Positions 55,127 to 64,000 of a DNA stretch of 64,000 nucleotides are shown piece by piece. A program made the translations under genes and the position numbers. Within the stretch, counting starts at the first letter, position 1. Each line of letters begins with the position of its first letter. The notes under the pieces were generated by a model, which ran no database searches, was not told where the DNA came from, and saw nothing but the letters and a program-made list of their open reading frames with translations. Source of the stretch: an uncultured Bacteroidales bacterium (lineage in GTDB: Bacteria; Bacteroidota; Bacteroidia; Bacteroidales; P3); contig CALNBJ010000039.1 of assembly GCA_937874175.1 (NCBI GenBank), forward strand, positions 143-64,142. The letters run 5' to 3'.

Positions 55127-55218
55127 TCAGAATCAGGATTTACAGGATTAAAGGATTTGCATGATTGGTTTATATTGAAATCCTATCAATCTATAAATCT
55201 TGTAAATCCTGATTCAGA
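55127..55218. repeat. roughly 92-nt inverted-repeat (long hairpin) element
   Basis: The arms are TCAGAATCAGGATTTACAGGATT (55127-55149) and AATCTTGTAAATCCTGATTCAGA (55196-55218), complementary at 21 of 23 positions. An inner AAGGATTT/AAATCCT pairing extends the stem. Confidence 0.8.
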
Positions 55219-55273
55219 CAATCACCACATTTTTTCACTTTATACTTTTAACTTTTCTCTTAAAAAAAAGTTG

Positions 55274-55281
55274 TATCTTTG
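55274..55281 (+). promoter_or_regulatory. -7 box TATCTTTG 4 nt before the GNAT ATG
   Basis: Exact TAnnTTTG match, with the ATG at 55286. Same geometry as at 21367-21380. Confidence 0.4.
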
Positions 55282-55285
55282 TCGT

Positions 55286-55813
55286 ATGAATATACGTTTG
55301 AGGGCTGTTGAAATTGGTGATGCTGATTTAATTTATCGTTGGGAGAACTCCTATTCGCTTTGGGGGGTTAGTTCTACTCGTGCTCCTTTTTCGCATTATG
55401 CCATTGAACAATATGTTAAGGGTACTCAGAATGAGGATATTTATTCTTCTAAACAGATTCGTTTTATGATTGATGCTTTGGATGAGGGTGAGGTTAAGAC
55501 TGTTGGCTGTGTGGATTTATATGATTTGGAGCCTCAACATTCGAGGGCTGGTGTCGGTATTTTTGTTCAGGAGGGTGATTATAGGAGAAGGCATATTGCT
55601 TTAAATGCTTTGCAATGGATTGAGAAATATGCTTTTGAAATTCTTAATCTTCATCAGCTTTATGCTTATGTTACGCAAGATAATTCTTCGAGCATTAGGC
55701 TTTTCTATAAGGCTTCGTATTTTCAGAGTGCTGTTTTGAAAGATTGGGTTAAAAAGGAAAACAATTTCTTTGATGTTCTGGTTTTTCAAAAGTCTTTAGG
55801 TACTAATGTTTAA
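55286..55813 (+). CDS. GNAT family N-acetyltransferase
   Basis: 175 aa from the internal Met (MNIRLRAVEIGDADLIYRWEN...). The acetyl-CoA motif region is GIFVQEGDYRRRHIALNAL. The 80-aa N-terminal extension in the ORF track translates the hairpin element and is rejected. Confidence 0.75.
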   Translation: MNIRLRAVEIGDADLIYRWENSYSLWGVSSTRAPFSHYAIEQYVKGTQNEDIYSSKQIRFMIDALDEGEVKTVGCVDLYDLEPQHSRAGVGIFVQEGDYRRRHIALNALQWIEKYAFEILNLHQLYAYVTQDNSSSIRLFYKASYFQSAVLKDWVKKENNFFDVLVFQKSLGTNV

Positions 55814-56861
55814 CTGTTTTAAACTTTTCTTTTTGGTTATGAATTATTTTAAAAAGAATATCGCTTGGATTATTCCTTCTTTAATTGTTATTACTTTCAT
55901 TGTCTTTTTCAGCATTTATTTCTTTACTGCTAAGGTTGATGTGCTTGGAGATAAGGCTTATATTTATGTTTATCCCAACTCTACTAAGCAGGAGGTTATT
56001 GAGAATATAAAGAAGCAGGATATTGTGTTTAATTCTTTTGTTTTTAAGGCGTATTCTGTTCTTTTAAATTATGACAAGGCTCACACTGGAAGATATGAAA
56101 TTAGAAATGGTATGAGTGTTGGGAAAATGGTTAATATGCTTGCTAAGGGAAGACAGACGCCTTTAAGACTTGTTATTGGTAAGTCGAGAACTAAGGAGGA
56201 GTTTGCTGCTAAGATTGATAATGAATTGGCTTTTTCAAAACAGGAGCTAATGGCTAAGTTAAATGATAATGATTTCCTTCAGCAGTTTGGTTTAGATTCT
56301 TCAACTTCCATTACTCTTTTTATTCCTAACACTTATGAGGTTTATTGGGATATTAGTGTTGAGAATTTCTTTAAGAGAATGAATAAGGAACAGGATATAT
56401 TTTGGAAGAAACGTCTTGGGAAGCTTAGTGAGATTGGGTATAGTAAGATTGAGGTTATGACCATTGCAAGCATTGTGGAGGAGGAAACCAATCAAGAGGC
56501 AGAAAAGCCTATTATTGCAGGTGTTTATATTAATAGGTTAAAAATTAATATGCCTCTTCAAGCTGATCCAACAATTAAATTTGCTTTAAATGATTTTACC
56601 ATTAAGAGAATTACTGGTAATATGTTGGGCGTTGATTCTCCTTTTAACACTTATAGAAGAACTGGACTTCCTCCCTACCCTATTTGCATTCCTAGCATTA
56701 GCTCCATTGAAGCTGTTTTAAATTATTCGAAGCATAACTATCTTTTCTTTTGTGCTAAGGAAGACTTTTCAGGCAATCATAATTTCACTGCCGACATCAA
56801 CGAACACTACAACAACGCTCGCAAATACCAAAAAGCATTAGACGAAAATGATATTTATTAG
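55806..56861 (+). CDS. mltG: endolytic murein transglycosylase MltG (YceG-like)
   Basis: N-terminal TM helix. Catalytic region ASIVEEETNQEAEKPIIAGVYINRL and LQADPT..., then FNTYRRTGLPPYPI. An alternative start exists at 55839. Confidence 0.85.
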   Translation: MFNCFKLFFLVMNYFKKNIAWIIPSLIVITFIVFFSIYFFTAKVDVLGDKAYIYVYPNSTKQEVIENIKKQDIVFNSFVFKAYSVLLNYDKAHTGRYEIRNGMSVGKMVNMLAKGRQTPLRLVIGKSRTKEEFAAKIDNELAFSKQELMAKLNDNDFLQQFGLDSSTSITLFIPNTYEVYWDISVENFFKRMNKEQDIFWKKRLGKLSEIGYSKIEVMTIASIVEEETNQEAEKPIIAGVYINRLKINMPLQADPTIKFALNDFTIKRITGNMLGVDSPFNTYRRTGLPPYPICIPSISSIEAVLNYSKHNYLFFCAKEDFSGNHNFTADINEHYNNARKYQKALDENDIY

Positions 56862-56907
56862 CCTAAAATGAAAGGCTTAAATATTATATTGGAGAATAAG
56901 TTTTAAC

Positions 56908-57330
56908 CTAAAAAGAGTATTCCTTTAGTGAAAGAAGAATTAATTGGCTAAGGATATCAATATTTATATCACTAAGCTTTTTAATATAAACACAACCTTT
57001 ACCCAATTTAACTTTGCCCAATTGATCAATTAGACTTTGAGCTTCATCACCATACATCATCATGCTAAAATAAAGCGATATATTGTTTTTTCTTGGTGCA
57101 AAGCCAACCTTAAACCATTCAACACTACGTTTGGAAGGAGATACAACAACATATTTCTTAAACCCAATTATACTATCTCCCCACATTTTTCCTTCCTCTT
57201 TAGTAATTTGGAGCATAAGATTATAGATTGCAATTGAATCCTCTTTCTTTTGCTCATCTTCCAAACTATTGAGATACTCCATAACAGAAGCTTCATTCTC
57301 TTTTGTCTTAATTTCTGCAAGTTTTGCCAT
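56908..57330 (-). CDS. DUF1801 (YdhG-like) domain protein
   Basis: 140 aa. The pattern ASVMEYLNSLEDEQKKEDSIAIYNLM...IGFKKY...FAPRKNNISLYF fits the family. Confidence 0.6.
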   Translation of the reverse strand: MAKLAEIKTKENEASVMEYLNSLEDEQKKEDSIAIYNLMLQITKEEGKMWGDSIIGFKKYVVVSPSKRSVEWFKVGFAPRKNNISLYFSMMMYGDEAQSLIDQLGKVKLGKGCVYIKKLSDINIDILSQLILLSLKEYSF

Positions 57331-57338
57331 AATGATTT

Positions 57339-58124
57339 TTATCTTAATGATTGAATAAATTCTTTGAATAATAATATTTTATCACTGTTTTGTTTGTTAA
57401 AAAGAAGGTGTTCAAAGTCTTTCTGTTTCTTCTTTAAATCTACCTTTATTAATAAATTATCAAATGCTTGCTTTAACTCATCAAGGTTATTAATACCACA
57501 TCTTTTTGATAGAAAATCATAATCGGGCTTGGTTTGAGAAAGCAAAAACATCAAATCATAGAAATCTCTTCCTTTTGAACGATTTATTGTGGCTGCAATC
57601 TTCATACTACATAAAACTCCATTACTTGGCATTGGGAAAGGAATAAAAAAGCCACAGCCTTTAATGTTTGTTATTATGGGTTGATATATAATTCCTTGAT
57701 CTTGACTTTCAATTTTAATCAAAAAACGCTCATCCTTATGTCCACTCAATCCCAAATCAAATAGGAACTCGGGGAAATATATATTACGTCTGAAAGCTTT
57801 TAATTTAGTATTTTCTTTATCTCTTACCTCTACTTTTAACCCAAAACGTGTTAGAAATTGAATTACTCCATTGGTCATTTGTATGAAATCATCTTCAGAA
57901 AGGTTTTTACAATCAAAGTCCAAATCTTCAGAAAATCTATCAATACCTTTAACTAATCTTAGGTTTGTTCCACCTATAAAAGAGATTTTTGAAATGTAGG
58001 GAGTTGTTGATAGATAATCTAAAATCATTAGTTGAATATACTCTTTGAGAATTTGCTTATCAAAGGTTGTAGTATTTTGTATTTGTGGAGGAAAAAATGT
58101 TTTTATCTGCTCAATATTTATCAT
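57339..58124 (-). CDS. AbiEii/AbiGii-family nucleotidyltransferase toxin
   Basis: FIGGTNLRLVKGIDRFSEDLDFD nucleotidyltransferase motif. 261 aa. Overlaps the upstream antitoxin-like gene by 4 nt. Confidence 0.75.
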   Translation of the reverse strand: MINIEQIKTFFPPQIQNTTTFDKQILKEYIQLMILDYLSTTPYISKISFIGGTNLRLVKGIDRFSEDLDFDCKNLSEDDFIQMTNGVIQFLTRFGLKVEVRDKENTKLKAFRRNIYFPEFLFDLGLSGHKDERFLIKIESQDQGIIYQPIITNIKGCGFFIPFPMPSNGVLCSMKIAATINRSKGRDFYDLMFLLSQTKPDYDFLSKRCGINNLDELKQAFDNLLIKVDLKKKQKDFEHLLFNKQNSDKILLFKEFIQSLR

Positions 58125-58738
58125 ATATCATATATATTTAAGAGTAATTTTACTCTTTTCTCAAGAGCTTTATTTTCAAACTTAGAACAATAATTCATAA
58201 GTAATGTCTTATTTAGGTCATTCTGTAAGTAATCTTCATCTAAACGCAAGTCTGTCAATTCTTCTTCATTATTATAGAAAGGATATAAATAGAGTAAGTC
58301 CAATAGGGCTTTTTCTGGTGATGCAAAAAGTATGTTTCTATTGTCTGCCATTGGTTTTAAATCGTACCCAAACATTAAACTATCCTTTATATTCTTATAG
58401 GAATAACTTCCTAATTCATTTTCAAAAGAAGAGGTTTTGAGTGTTGTTACACTTGTTGTTTGAATAACAGATTCTGGAACAAGTCCATAAAAAGATAGCG
58501 ATGAATGAAGACTAATATATGAAGGTTTATAAATTCTATTTGCAATATAGAAAGAAAAATCAGGAACATTCTTATATTCTGGAAAAGTAAAATAACCATT
58601 CCTTAAACGAATAAGATATCCTTTCTTTACCCATCGAGTGAGGTTGTTCCTATCAAAATTATCATACCATGCATATACATTATGTATATTGAAGCATGCT
58701 AAGTCAAACATCTTATCTTTAAATTCGATGAAAGTCAT
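58121..58738 (-). CDS. AbiEi-like type IV antitoxin / transcriptional regulator
   Basis: 205 aa. The N-terminal wHTH-like LTRWVKKGYLIRLRNGYF motif is typical of AbiEi_4, and the gene is paired with AbiEii. Confidence 0.65.
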   Translation of the reverse strand: MTFIEFKDKMFDLACFNIHNVYAWYDNFDRNNLTRWVKKGYLIRLRNGYFTFPEYKNVPDFSFYIANRIYKPSYISLHSSLSFYGLVPESVIQTTSVTTLKTSSFENELGSYSYKNIKDSLMFGYDLKPMADNRNILFASPEKALLDLLYLYPFYNNEEELTDLRLDEDYLQNDLNKTLLMNYCSKFENKALEKRVKLLLNIYDI

Positions 58739-58846
58739 TTTAAATCTATTTTATTTCTGTTTTGCTGCAAAAATAGTGCATTTTGGAAATAAAACAAAGA
58801 AATAATGAGAAAAAGTGAATGATTGAAGGATTATTGGATTGAAATA

Positions 58847-59341
58847 TTAGTTAGTGTTTTTGATTTTCCTTTCAATATTGCTTGTGGAATATCCTTCTAT
58901 AAATTCAATTGTTTCTACCTTGCCTCCTCTTTGGCTTACAATATCGTAGCCTACAATATCTTCTTTCTTGTAGTCAGCTCCCTTAACCAAAATATCTGGT
59001 TGTATTTCTTTAATGAGTGTGTAGGGTGTTGGCTCGGAGAAAAAGACTATGGCATCAACAAATTGCATTGAGGCTAAGATAATGGCTCTTGAGTTTTCAT
59101 CTTGAATTGGGCGTGTGTTGCCTTTTATGTTTCTTACAGATTGGTCGGTGTTAAGCCCAATGATTAGTATGTCGCCTAAGTCTTTGGCTTTTGATAAATA
59201 GTCCACATGTCCTCTATGTATGATGTCGAAACATCCATTTGTGAAGACTATCTTTTTATTTTCTTCTCTCCATTTCAACACTTGTTTTTGTATGTTGTCG
59301 AAGGAGATTATCTTATTTTGTATCTTGTCTAACTCTTTCAT
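58847..59341 (-). CDS. rfaE2: D-glycero-beta-D-manno-heptose 1-phosphate adenylyltransferase (RfaE domain II-like cytidylyltransferase fold)
   Basis: 164 aa. FTNGCFDIIHRGHVDYL (HxGH motif) and GYSTS near the C-terminus. Confidence 0.7.
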   Translation of the reverse strand: MKELDKIQNKIISFDNIQKQVLKWREENKKIVFTNGCFDIIHRGHVDYLSKAKDLGDILIIGLNTDQSVRNIKGNTRPIQDENSRAIILASMQFVDAIVFFSEPTPYTLIKEIQPDILVKGADYKKEDIVGYDIVSQRGGKVETIEFIEGYSTSNIERKIKNTN

Positions 59342-60314
59342 TATCTTTTTTGCGTTTAGAGAAATAAATAAATCCTACTAATCCAAAAATAATTATTCCT
59401 ATTTGTGAAACTATCCATAGCAACCATCCTGCAGCATAGCCTACTGGACGCACAATGGAATACATTAATAGTGATTCTGCAATTATGGCTGGGAATATTC
59501 CAATTCCTCCTGGTGTTACTATTGGTCCAATGGCTCCTAACATAGTGGCTACAAATGCAATTTTAAATGCAAGATGTGAGGTTTGTTCAAAGCAAAGGAA
59601 TATTACATAGGTTCCAAGTATCCAAAGAGACCATATAAAGAGTGAATTGAAAATAAAAAGTAGCGGGTTCTTTAGCTTAAAGATGGATTTTATGCCTTCC
59701 ATAAATCCTGAAAGAAATTCTATTATTTTCCTATAGATTTTTGTTTCTCTTATCCTCTTTCGGAAAAGGAAAAGAATAAAACAAAGAACAAGAAGTGCTA
59801 TAAATCCATAAATAAGAAGAGTTTTTAGGGATGAGAAGTTGATGATGTTGCTGAAATTATTGTAGATATAATCCTTAATATAGTTAAACTCTATCATTAG
59901 GGCTATAAAGAAAAATAATGCAAAGCATAATGTATCAACTGTTCTTTCAATAATTACTGTTCCTACTGTTTTCTCAAAAGGGATTTTCTGATTTTTGCTT
60001 AATAGTCCACAACGTACAATTTCTCCTAAACGAGGTACTGCCAAATTAGTTAGATAACCCGACATAACGGCTAAGAAAGTAGTAATTAGTTTGGGATTAT
60101 AGCCCATTGGTCTAATGAGTTGTTGCCAACGAAAGGCTCTTATAACTGCACTAAAAACATTTACTAATAATGCAACAAAGAACCAAAAGTAATTGGCATT
60201 AGAAAAGGATTCGAATAATTGCTTTATTTCCTCAGTTGATAGCTTAGAGATAAACCACCATATAAAACCTAATCCTATTAAAAGAAAGATTATTAGTCTT
60301 AAAGTCTTTTTCAT
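59313..60314 (-). CDS. UPF0104 / lysylphosphatidylglycerol-synthase-TM-like (flippase-like) membrane protein
   Basis: 333 aa with about 8 TM helices. Contains IRAFRWQQLIRPMGY and LAVPRLGEIVRC patterns. Confidence 0.55.
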   Translation of the reverse strand: MKKTLRLIIFLLIGLGFIWWFISKLSTEEIKQLFESFSNANYFWFFVALLVNVFSAVIRAFRWQQLIRPMGYNPKLITTFLAVMSGYLTNLAVPRLGEIVRCGLLSKNQKIPFEKTVGTVIIERTVDTLCFALFFFIALMIEFNYIKDYIYNNFSNIINFSSLKTLLIYGFIALLVLCFILFLFRKRIRETKIYRKIIEFLSGFMEGIKSIFKLKNPLLFIFNSLFIWSLWILGTYVIFLCFEQTSHLAFKIAFVATMLGAIGPIVTPGGIGIFPAIIAESLLMYSIVRPVGYAAGWLLWIVSQIGIIIFGLVGFIYFSKRKKDNERVRQDTK

Positions 60315-60383
60315 ATCCTATTTAAAACTAATAATCATATTCTTTCTTAACTAAAATGTTATTCCAATAAAGAGTGTATTGTC

Positions 60384-60728
60384 TTAAGAAAGTTTGTTTT
60401 CTTGAGGGAAAACTACTATTGGTTTATGGGTTTTTGCTTCTTCAAAATCCATTGATGCATAAGAAACAATTATAACTAAGTCATCAATTTGAACCTTACG
60501 TGCTGCAGCTCCATTAATTCCTATCTCCCCAGAACCTCTTTCTCCTTTAATAACATAAGTGTCAAAACGCTCTCCGTTATTAATGTCAAATATATATACT
60601 CTTTCGTTTTCAATCAAATTGGCTGCATCCATCAAGTCTTCATCAATGGTTATGCTTCCAATATAGTGAAGATTGGCACGAGTTACTACTGCACGATGAA
60701 TCTTCGATTTTAAAACTTCTATATTCAT
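60384..60728 (-). CDS. panD: aspartate 1-decarboxylase
   Basis: [32 protein letters not shown], including the self-processing G-S site. Confidence 0.93.
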   Translation of the reverse strand: MNIEVLKSKIHRAVVTRANLHYIGSITIDEDLMDAANLIENERVYIFDINNGERFDTYVIKGERGSGEIGINGAAARKVQIDDLVIIVSYASMDFEEAKTHKPIVVFPQENKLS

Positions 60729-60740
60729 TAATTTTTTTCT

Positions 60741-63700
60741 TTATAAATTTACACCTGGTACTGCAACATTTGGTTGCCCTTGTTGTTGAGTTTGCATTTG
60801 AGCTTGTTGCTGACGTGCATACTCATTAATAACTTTACTGAAAGTTGGATTAGACATTATTTTATCCTCTACTGCTTTGAGCTGATAGTTCATTGCATTG
60901 GAATAAACAAACATTAATAGTTCAGCTCCACGACTAAATAGTTCTTCAGATTGTGTTTGTAATATCTTTTCTAAAGGAACTAAAATTTCAAGAAATTGCA
61001 GCGAAGCAGCTTCTTTATTGCCTGAACGAGCAATTTGTGCAGCTGTATTTACCTTTGAAATTAAATTGTTATACTCAATTTGCATTTCTTGAATTCCTAA
61101 GAATGATTGTACTTCAGGAACAGTTTTAACTTTATTGATTACAGATGTTAGGTTATATGTTTGAGCTGTAGAATAAGCCATTGCAAGGTATTGTAATGTT
61201 TCACTTTTTATTGATGCAACATTTCTTGCTTTTGAGCCTGTGAATCCATTATAATACTTAATATGGCTTATGTATAAATCAACAATTTGATTAAACATAT
61301 CTTCTCCCTTTTTCAATTCTCCATTTGCACAATATTGTTCTGCAAATTGTAAGTCATATCTATCAAAATAGAGCTTTGAAGCTGGAAATTCTACAAGTGC
61401 TTTGTCTAATACTTTAATAGCTTTATCCTTTTGTCCATTGGCTGAAAAGTTTCTTGCAATAAACATATGTTGTTGACGCATGTTTCTTGAGTTATTTACT
61501 GATACTGCATCTTCCAAATATGTTTTTGGATCTTTAATTCCTCCCCATTGAAACTTATTTAAGAATAAATTACTTGTTTTTTCTAATGCTATATTTCCTG
61601 GTTGAGGCTTAGGTGTTATTCTATATACTAACCCTTCTTGTTGAACATAGTCGTTGATGTTTGGAATTAACTTTGCAAAATAGGAAGGGCTCATTGTATA
61701 GATTGGACGTTTGAAGGCATTGGTTGCCAAAATATCCAATAGCATCAATTCATTACGAGGAATTTGTCTGCCTTGTTTTGAATCAACTGGTATTGAGAAA
61801 GTCATTGTGTCTATCTCTGAAGAAATTCTAAAATTATTATATAGAAGAACCTTAACTGAATCTCCATTTTGAAGGAAAGTGGTTGTATTTGGGTCTGTCA
61901 TAAAGGTTTTTAAAGCATCTCTAAGCTCAATAGTTTGATCTGTTGTTGGATAAACTAATGAGGCATTTAATCCCATTCTATAATATTCTTTTGGTAGTGT
62001 GAAGGGTGCCTTTTCAGAATCGTAAATTTTACTGTATAGTTGTTCTACATACCAATGCATTCCTGAAAGAGTGAAGTTAAGTATTCTAACATCTGGACGT
62101 ACTCCCTCAACTTCTTGAATATACCAAAGTGGGAATGTATCGTTATCTCCAAAGGTTATTAATATAGCGTCTTTTTCGCAGCTTTCTAAGTAGTTTCTTG
62201 CAAATTCTCTTGCCATATATCTTCCACTTCTATCATGGTCATCCCATTCTTGAGAAGCCATAAGCACTGGTACTGCAACAAGACAAATTACTGATACGGA
62301 AATTGCTTTAATGTTTTCAGGGATCTTAACTTTCTTTAACCAATCATATAGTCCATATACTCCCAAGCCAATCCAAATTGCAAATGCATAGAATGAACCA
62401 GAATAAGCATAATCTCTTTCTCTTGGTTGTGTTGGGTGTTGGTTAAGGTAAAGTACAATTGCCAATCCTGTCATAAAGAATAGTAAGAATACTACAAAGG
62501 CATCTTTCCTGTCTTTTTTGAATTGATATATTAATCCTGCAATACCTAATAGTAGTGGTAGGAAAAATAGTGTGTTGCGTCCTGCATTATTAGCCATATC
62601 ACTTGGCAAATTGCTTTGAGGCCCTAAACGCATTTGATCAATAAACTTAATACCAGAAATCCAGTTTCCATTTAAAAGGTCTTTTGTGCCGTTGGATTGA
62701 GGATCATAATTAGAATGGTTTACTCCAAAACTTTGAATGTCGTTTTGTCTTCCTGCAAAATTCCACATAAAGTAGCGCCAATACATATGGTTTACTTGAT
62801 AGCGGAAAAAGTAACGAAGATTTTCTGCAAAGGTTGGCTTTCTGTCTCCATTAACTCCTGACCAGTATTTATAGAACTGAATGTGTTTTTCTTCCTGAGC
62901 AGAATACATTCTTGGGAAAAGAGTATTATCTTCTGAAGCAAATGTATATTCTGATCCTGAACTTTCTTTAATGTATTTTTTACTTGCTTTGTCTTTAGTG
63001 TATTTTGTAGTGGTTTCCATTCCATTTGGCTGTGCTGTATAGTATTGTCCATAAAATACAGGTGTTGAGCCATATTGTTCACGATTAAGATAAGTTAGTA
63101 GTGCAACTGCATCTTTTGGAGCATTTTCGTTGATTGGTGTGTTTGCATTTGCACGTATTACCAATATAAAGAATGTTGAATATCCAATTAAAAGGAAAAG
63201 GAATGAAAGTATGATTGTGTTAAGTAGTGGTTTTACTTTATCTTTAGTGTATTTTAATCCCCACGCAATTAGTCCAATTAATAGTGCAAAGTAGATTATT
63301 GTTCCTGAATTGAATGGTAGTCCTATTGAATTAACAAAGAATATTTCAAACTTCCCTGCTAAAGAAACTATCATTGGAACAATAAAGTAAAGTATTATTG
63401 CAACCATAAATAATGATAAGATTCCTGCCCAAATAAATCCTTTCTTAGTTGTGTTTGGATATTTCTTAAAGTAGAATACATAAGCCATTGCTGGAATAGC
63501 AAGTAGGTTTAGTAAGTGGACTCCAATTGAAATACCTATTAAAAAGGTTATTAAGATAATCCAACGCAAATTATGTTTATCATCTGCTTGGCTTTCCCAC
63601 TTCAAAATTACCCAGAAAACTAAGGCTGTGAAGAATGAACTCATTGCGTAAACTTCACCTTCAACGGCAGAATACCAGAATGTATCTGAAAAAGTATAGG

Positions 63701-64000
63701 CTAATGCTCCAACAACTCCACTTCCAAAGATTGCTATCATTTGAGAAGTTGTAATTTCTTGAGTTTTTGCAATTAGTTTCTTTGCCAACATTGTAATTGT
63801 CCAAAATAGCATAAGAATTGTTAATCCACTACAAATTGCACTCATGGCATTAACCATATAGGCTACCTTTGTTACATCGCCACCAGCAAAAAGAGAGAAT
63901 ATTCTACCAAAAAGCTGGAATGTTGGTGCTCCAGGAGGGTGTCCTACTTGAAATTTATATGCTGTTGCAATATATTCTCCGCAATCCCACCATGAGGCAG
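60741..64000 (-). CDS. DUF2723 (GT-C-fold, TMEM260-like) large membrane protein; N-terminus runs off the right window edge
   Basis: The reading frame stays open upstream of the track's Met at 63857. It reads ...GHPPGAPTFQLFGRIFSLFAGGDVTKVAYMVNAMSA, a typical DUF2723 N-terminal motif. There are many TM helices and a helical-repeat C-terminal half. Confidence 0.7.
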   Translation of the reverse strand, partial: ASWWDCGEYIATAYKFQVGHPPGAPTFQLFGRIFSLFAGGDVTKVAYMVNAMSAICSGLTILMLFWTITMLAKKLIAKTQEITTSQMIAIFGSGVVGALAYTFSDTFWYSAVEGEVYAMSSFFTALVFWVILKWESQADDKHNLRWIILITFLIGISIGVHLLNLLAIPAMAYVFYFKKYPNTTKKGFIWAGILSLFMVAIILYFIVPMIVSLAGKFEIFFVNSIGLPFNSGTIIYFALLIGLIAWGLKYTKDKVKPLLNTIILSFLFLLIGYSTFFILVIRANANTPINENAPKDAVALLTYLNREQYGSTPVFYGQYYTAQPNGMETTTKYTKDKASKKYIKESSGSEYTFASEDNTLFPRMYSAQEEKHIQFYKYWSGVNGDRKPTFAENLRYFFRYQVNHMYWRYFMWNFAGRQNDIQSFGVNHSNYDPQSNGTKDLLNGNWISGIKFIDQMRLGPQSNLPSDMANNAGRNTLFFLPLLLGIAGLIYQFKKDRKDAFVVFLLFFMTGLAIVLYLNQHPTQPRERDYAYSGSFYAFAIWIGLGVYGLYDWLKKVKIPENIKAISVSVICLVAVPVLMASQEWDDHDRSGRYMAREFARNYLESCEKDAILITFGDNDTFPLWYIQEVEGVRPDVRILNFTLSGMHWYVEQLYSKIYDSEKAPFTLPKEYYRMGLNASLVYPTTDQTIELRDALKTFMTDPNTTTFLQNGDSVKVLLYNNFRISSEIDTMTFSIPVDSKQGRQIPRNELMLLDILATNAFKRPIYTMSPSYFAKLIPNINDYVQQEGLVYRITPKPQPGNIALEKTSNLFLNKFQWGGIKDPKTYLEDAVSVNNSRNMRQQHMFIARNFSANGQKDKAIKVLDKALVEFPASKLYFDRYDLQFAEQYCANGELKKGEDMFNQIVDLYISHIKYYNGFTGSKARNVASIKSETLQYLAMAYSTAQTYNLTSVINKVKTVPEVQSFLGIQEMQIEYNNLISKVNTAAQIARSGNKEAASLQFLEILVPLEKILQTQSEELFSRGAELLMFVYSNAMNYQLKAVEDKIMSNPTFSKVINEYARQQQAQMQTQQQGQPNVAVPGVNL

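Noticed and set aside
55046-55285. 80-aa N-terminal extension of the GNAT ORF (MGMSFILAPFFIFFFVHEF...).
   Set aside because: It translates the long-hairpin repeat and AT-rich spacer. A TAnnTTTG box sits 4 nt before the internal Met, and the GNAT fold starts at that Met.

Overview
This is a low-GC chromosomal segment that looks Bacteroidota. Supporting evidence: many TAnnTTTG -7 promoter boxes, a T9SS C-terminal sorting domain, HU_HIG-type histone-like genes, and a BtuB/BtuG-type B12 uptake locus. All product calls come from motifs read in the translations; no database search was possible.

Housekeeping and core genes:
- lemA plus a TPM-domain gene, trxB, pyrG, gyrB, panD and tRNA-Ser(UGA).
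- A tightly overlapping clpC-mlaE-mlaF-pgpH-like gene string.
- A two-component system next to a PepSY-like gene.
- A cobalamin riboswitch followed by a TonB-dependent receptor and a beta-propeller lipoprotein.
- A truncated lysine-fermentation cluster (kdd, DUF3795, kamA, two reactivase-like genes) with no kamDE, kce or kal in the window.

Accessory content:
- A roughly 3.1 kb block (37.9-41.0 kb) bounded by two terminator-like copies of AAAGCGTCTCA. It carries an orphan PD-(D/E)xK-like plus beta-CASP metallo-beta-lactamase two-nuclease operon, a dyad-symmetric palindrome array and an HU-like gene.
- A roughly 3.5 kb restriction-modification island (Dam-like MTase, small PD-(D/E)xK endonuclease, beta-class MTase, NucS-like/DUF5655-like gene) flanked by 58-63 bp imperfect direct repeats.
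- An AbiEi/AbiEii pair.
- A 1401-aa BcrAD/BadFG-type activase fusion with a TetR regulator.
- A 1097-aa LRR/T9SS surface protein with seven tandem Cys-pair modules.

The most unusual signal is a family of six intergenic arrays of 3-11 short palindromes or direct repeats phased at 21-23 bp. Arm sequences are locus-specific, changes between arms are compensatory, and the motif ACTTGATTT recurs nearby. Two of the arrays sit upstream of the two HU-like genes. No integrase, transposase, CRISPR array or rRNA was seen.
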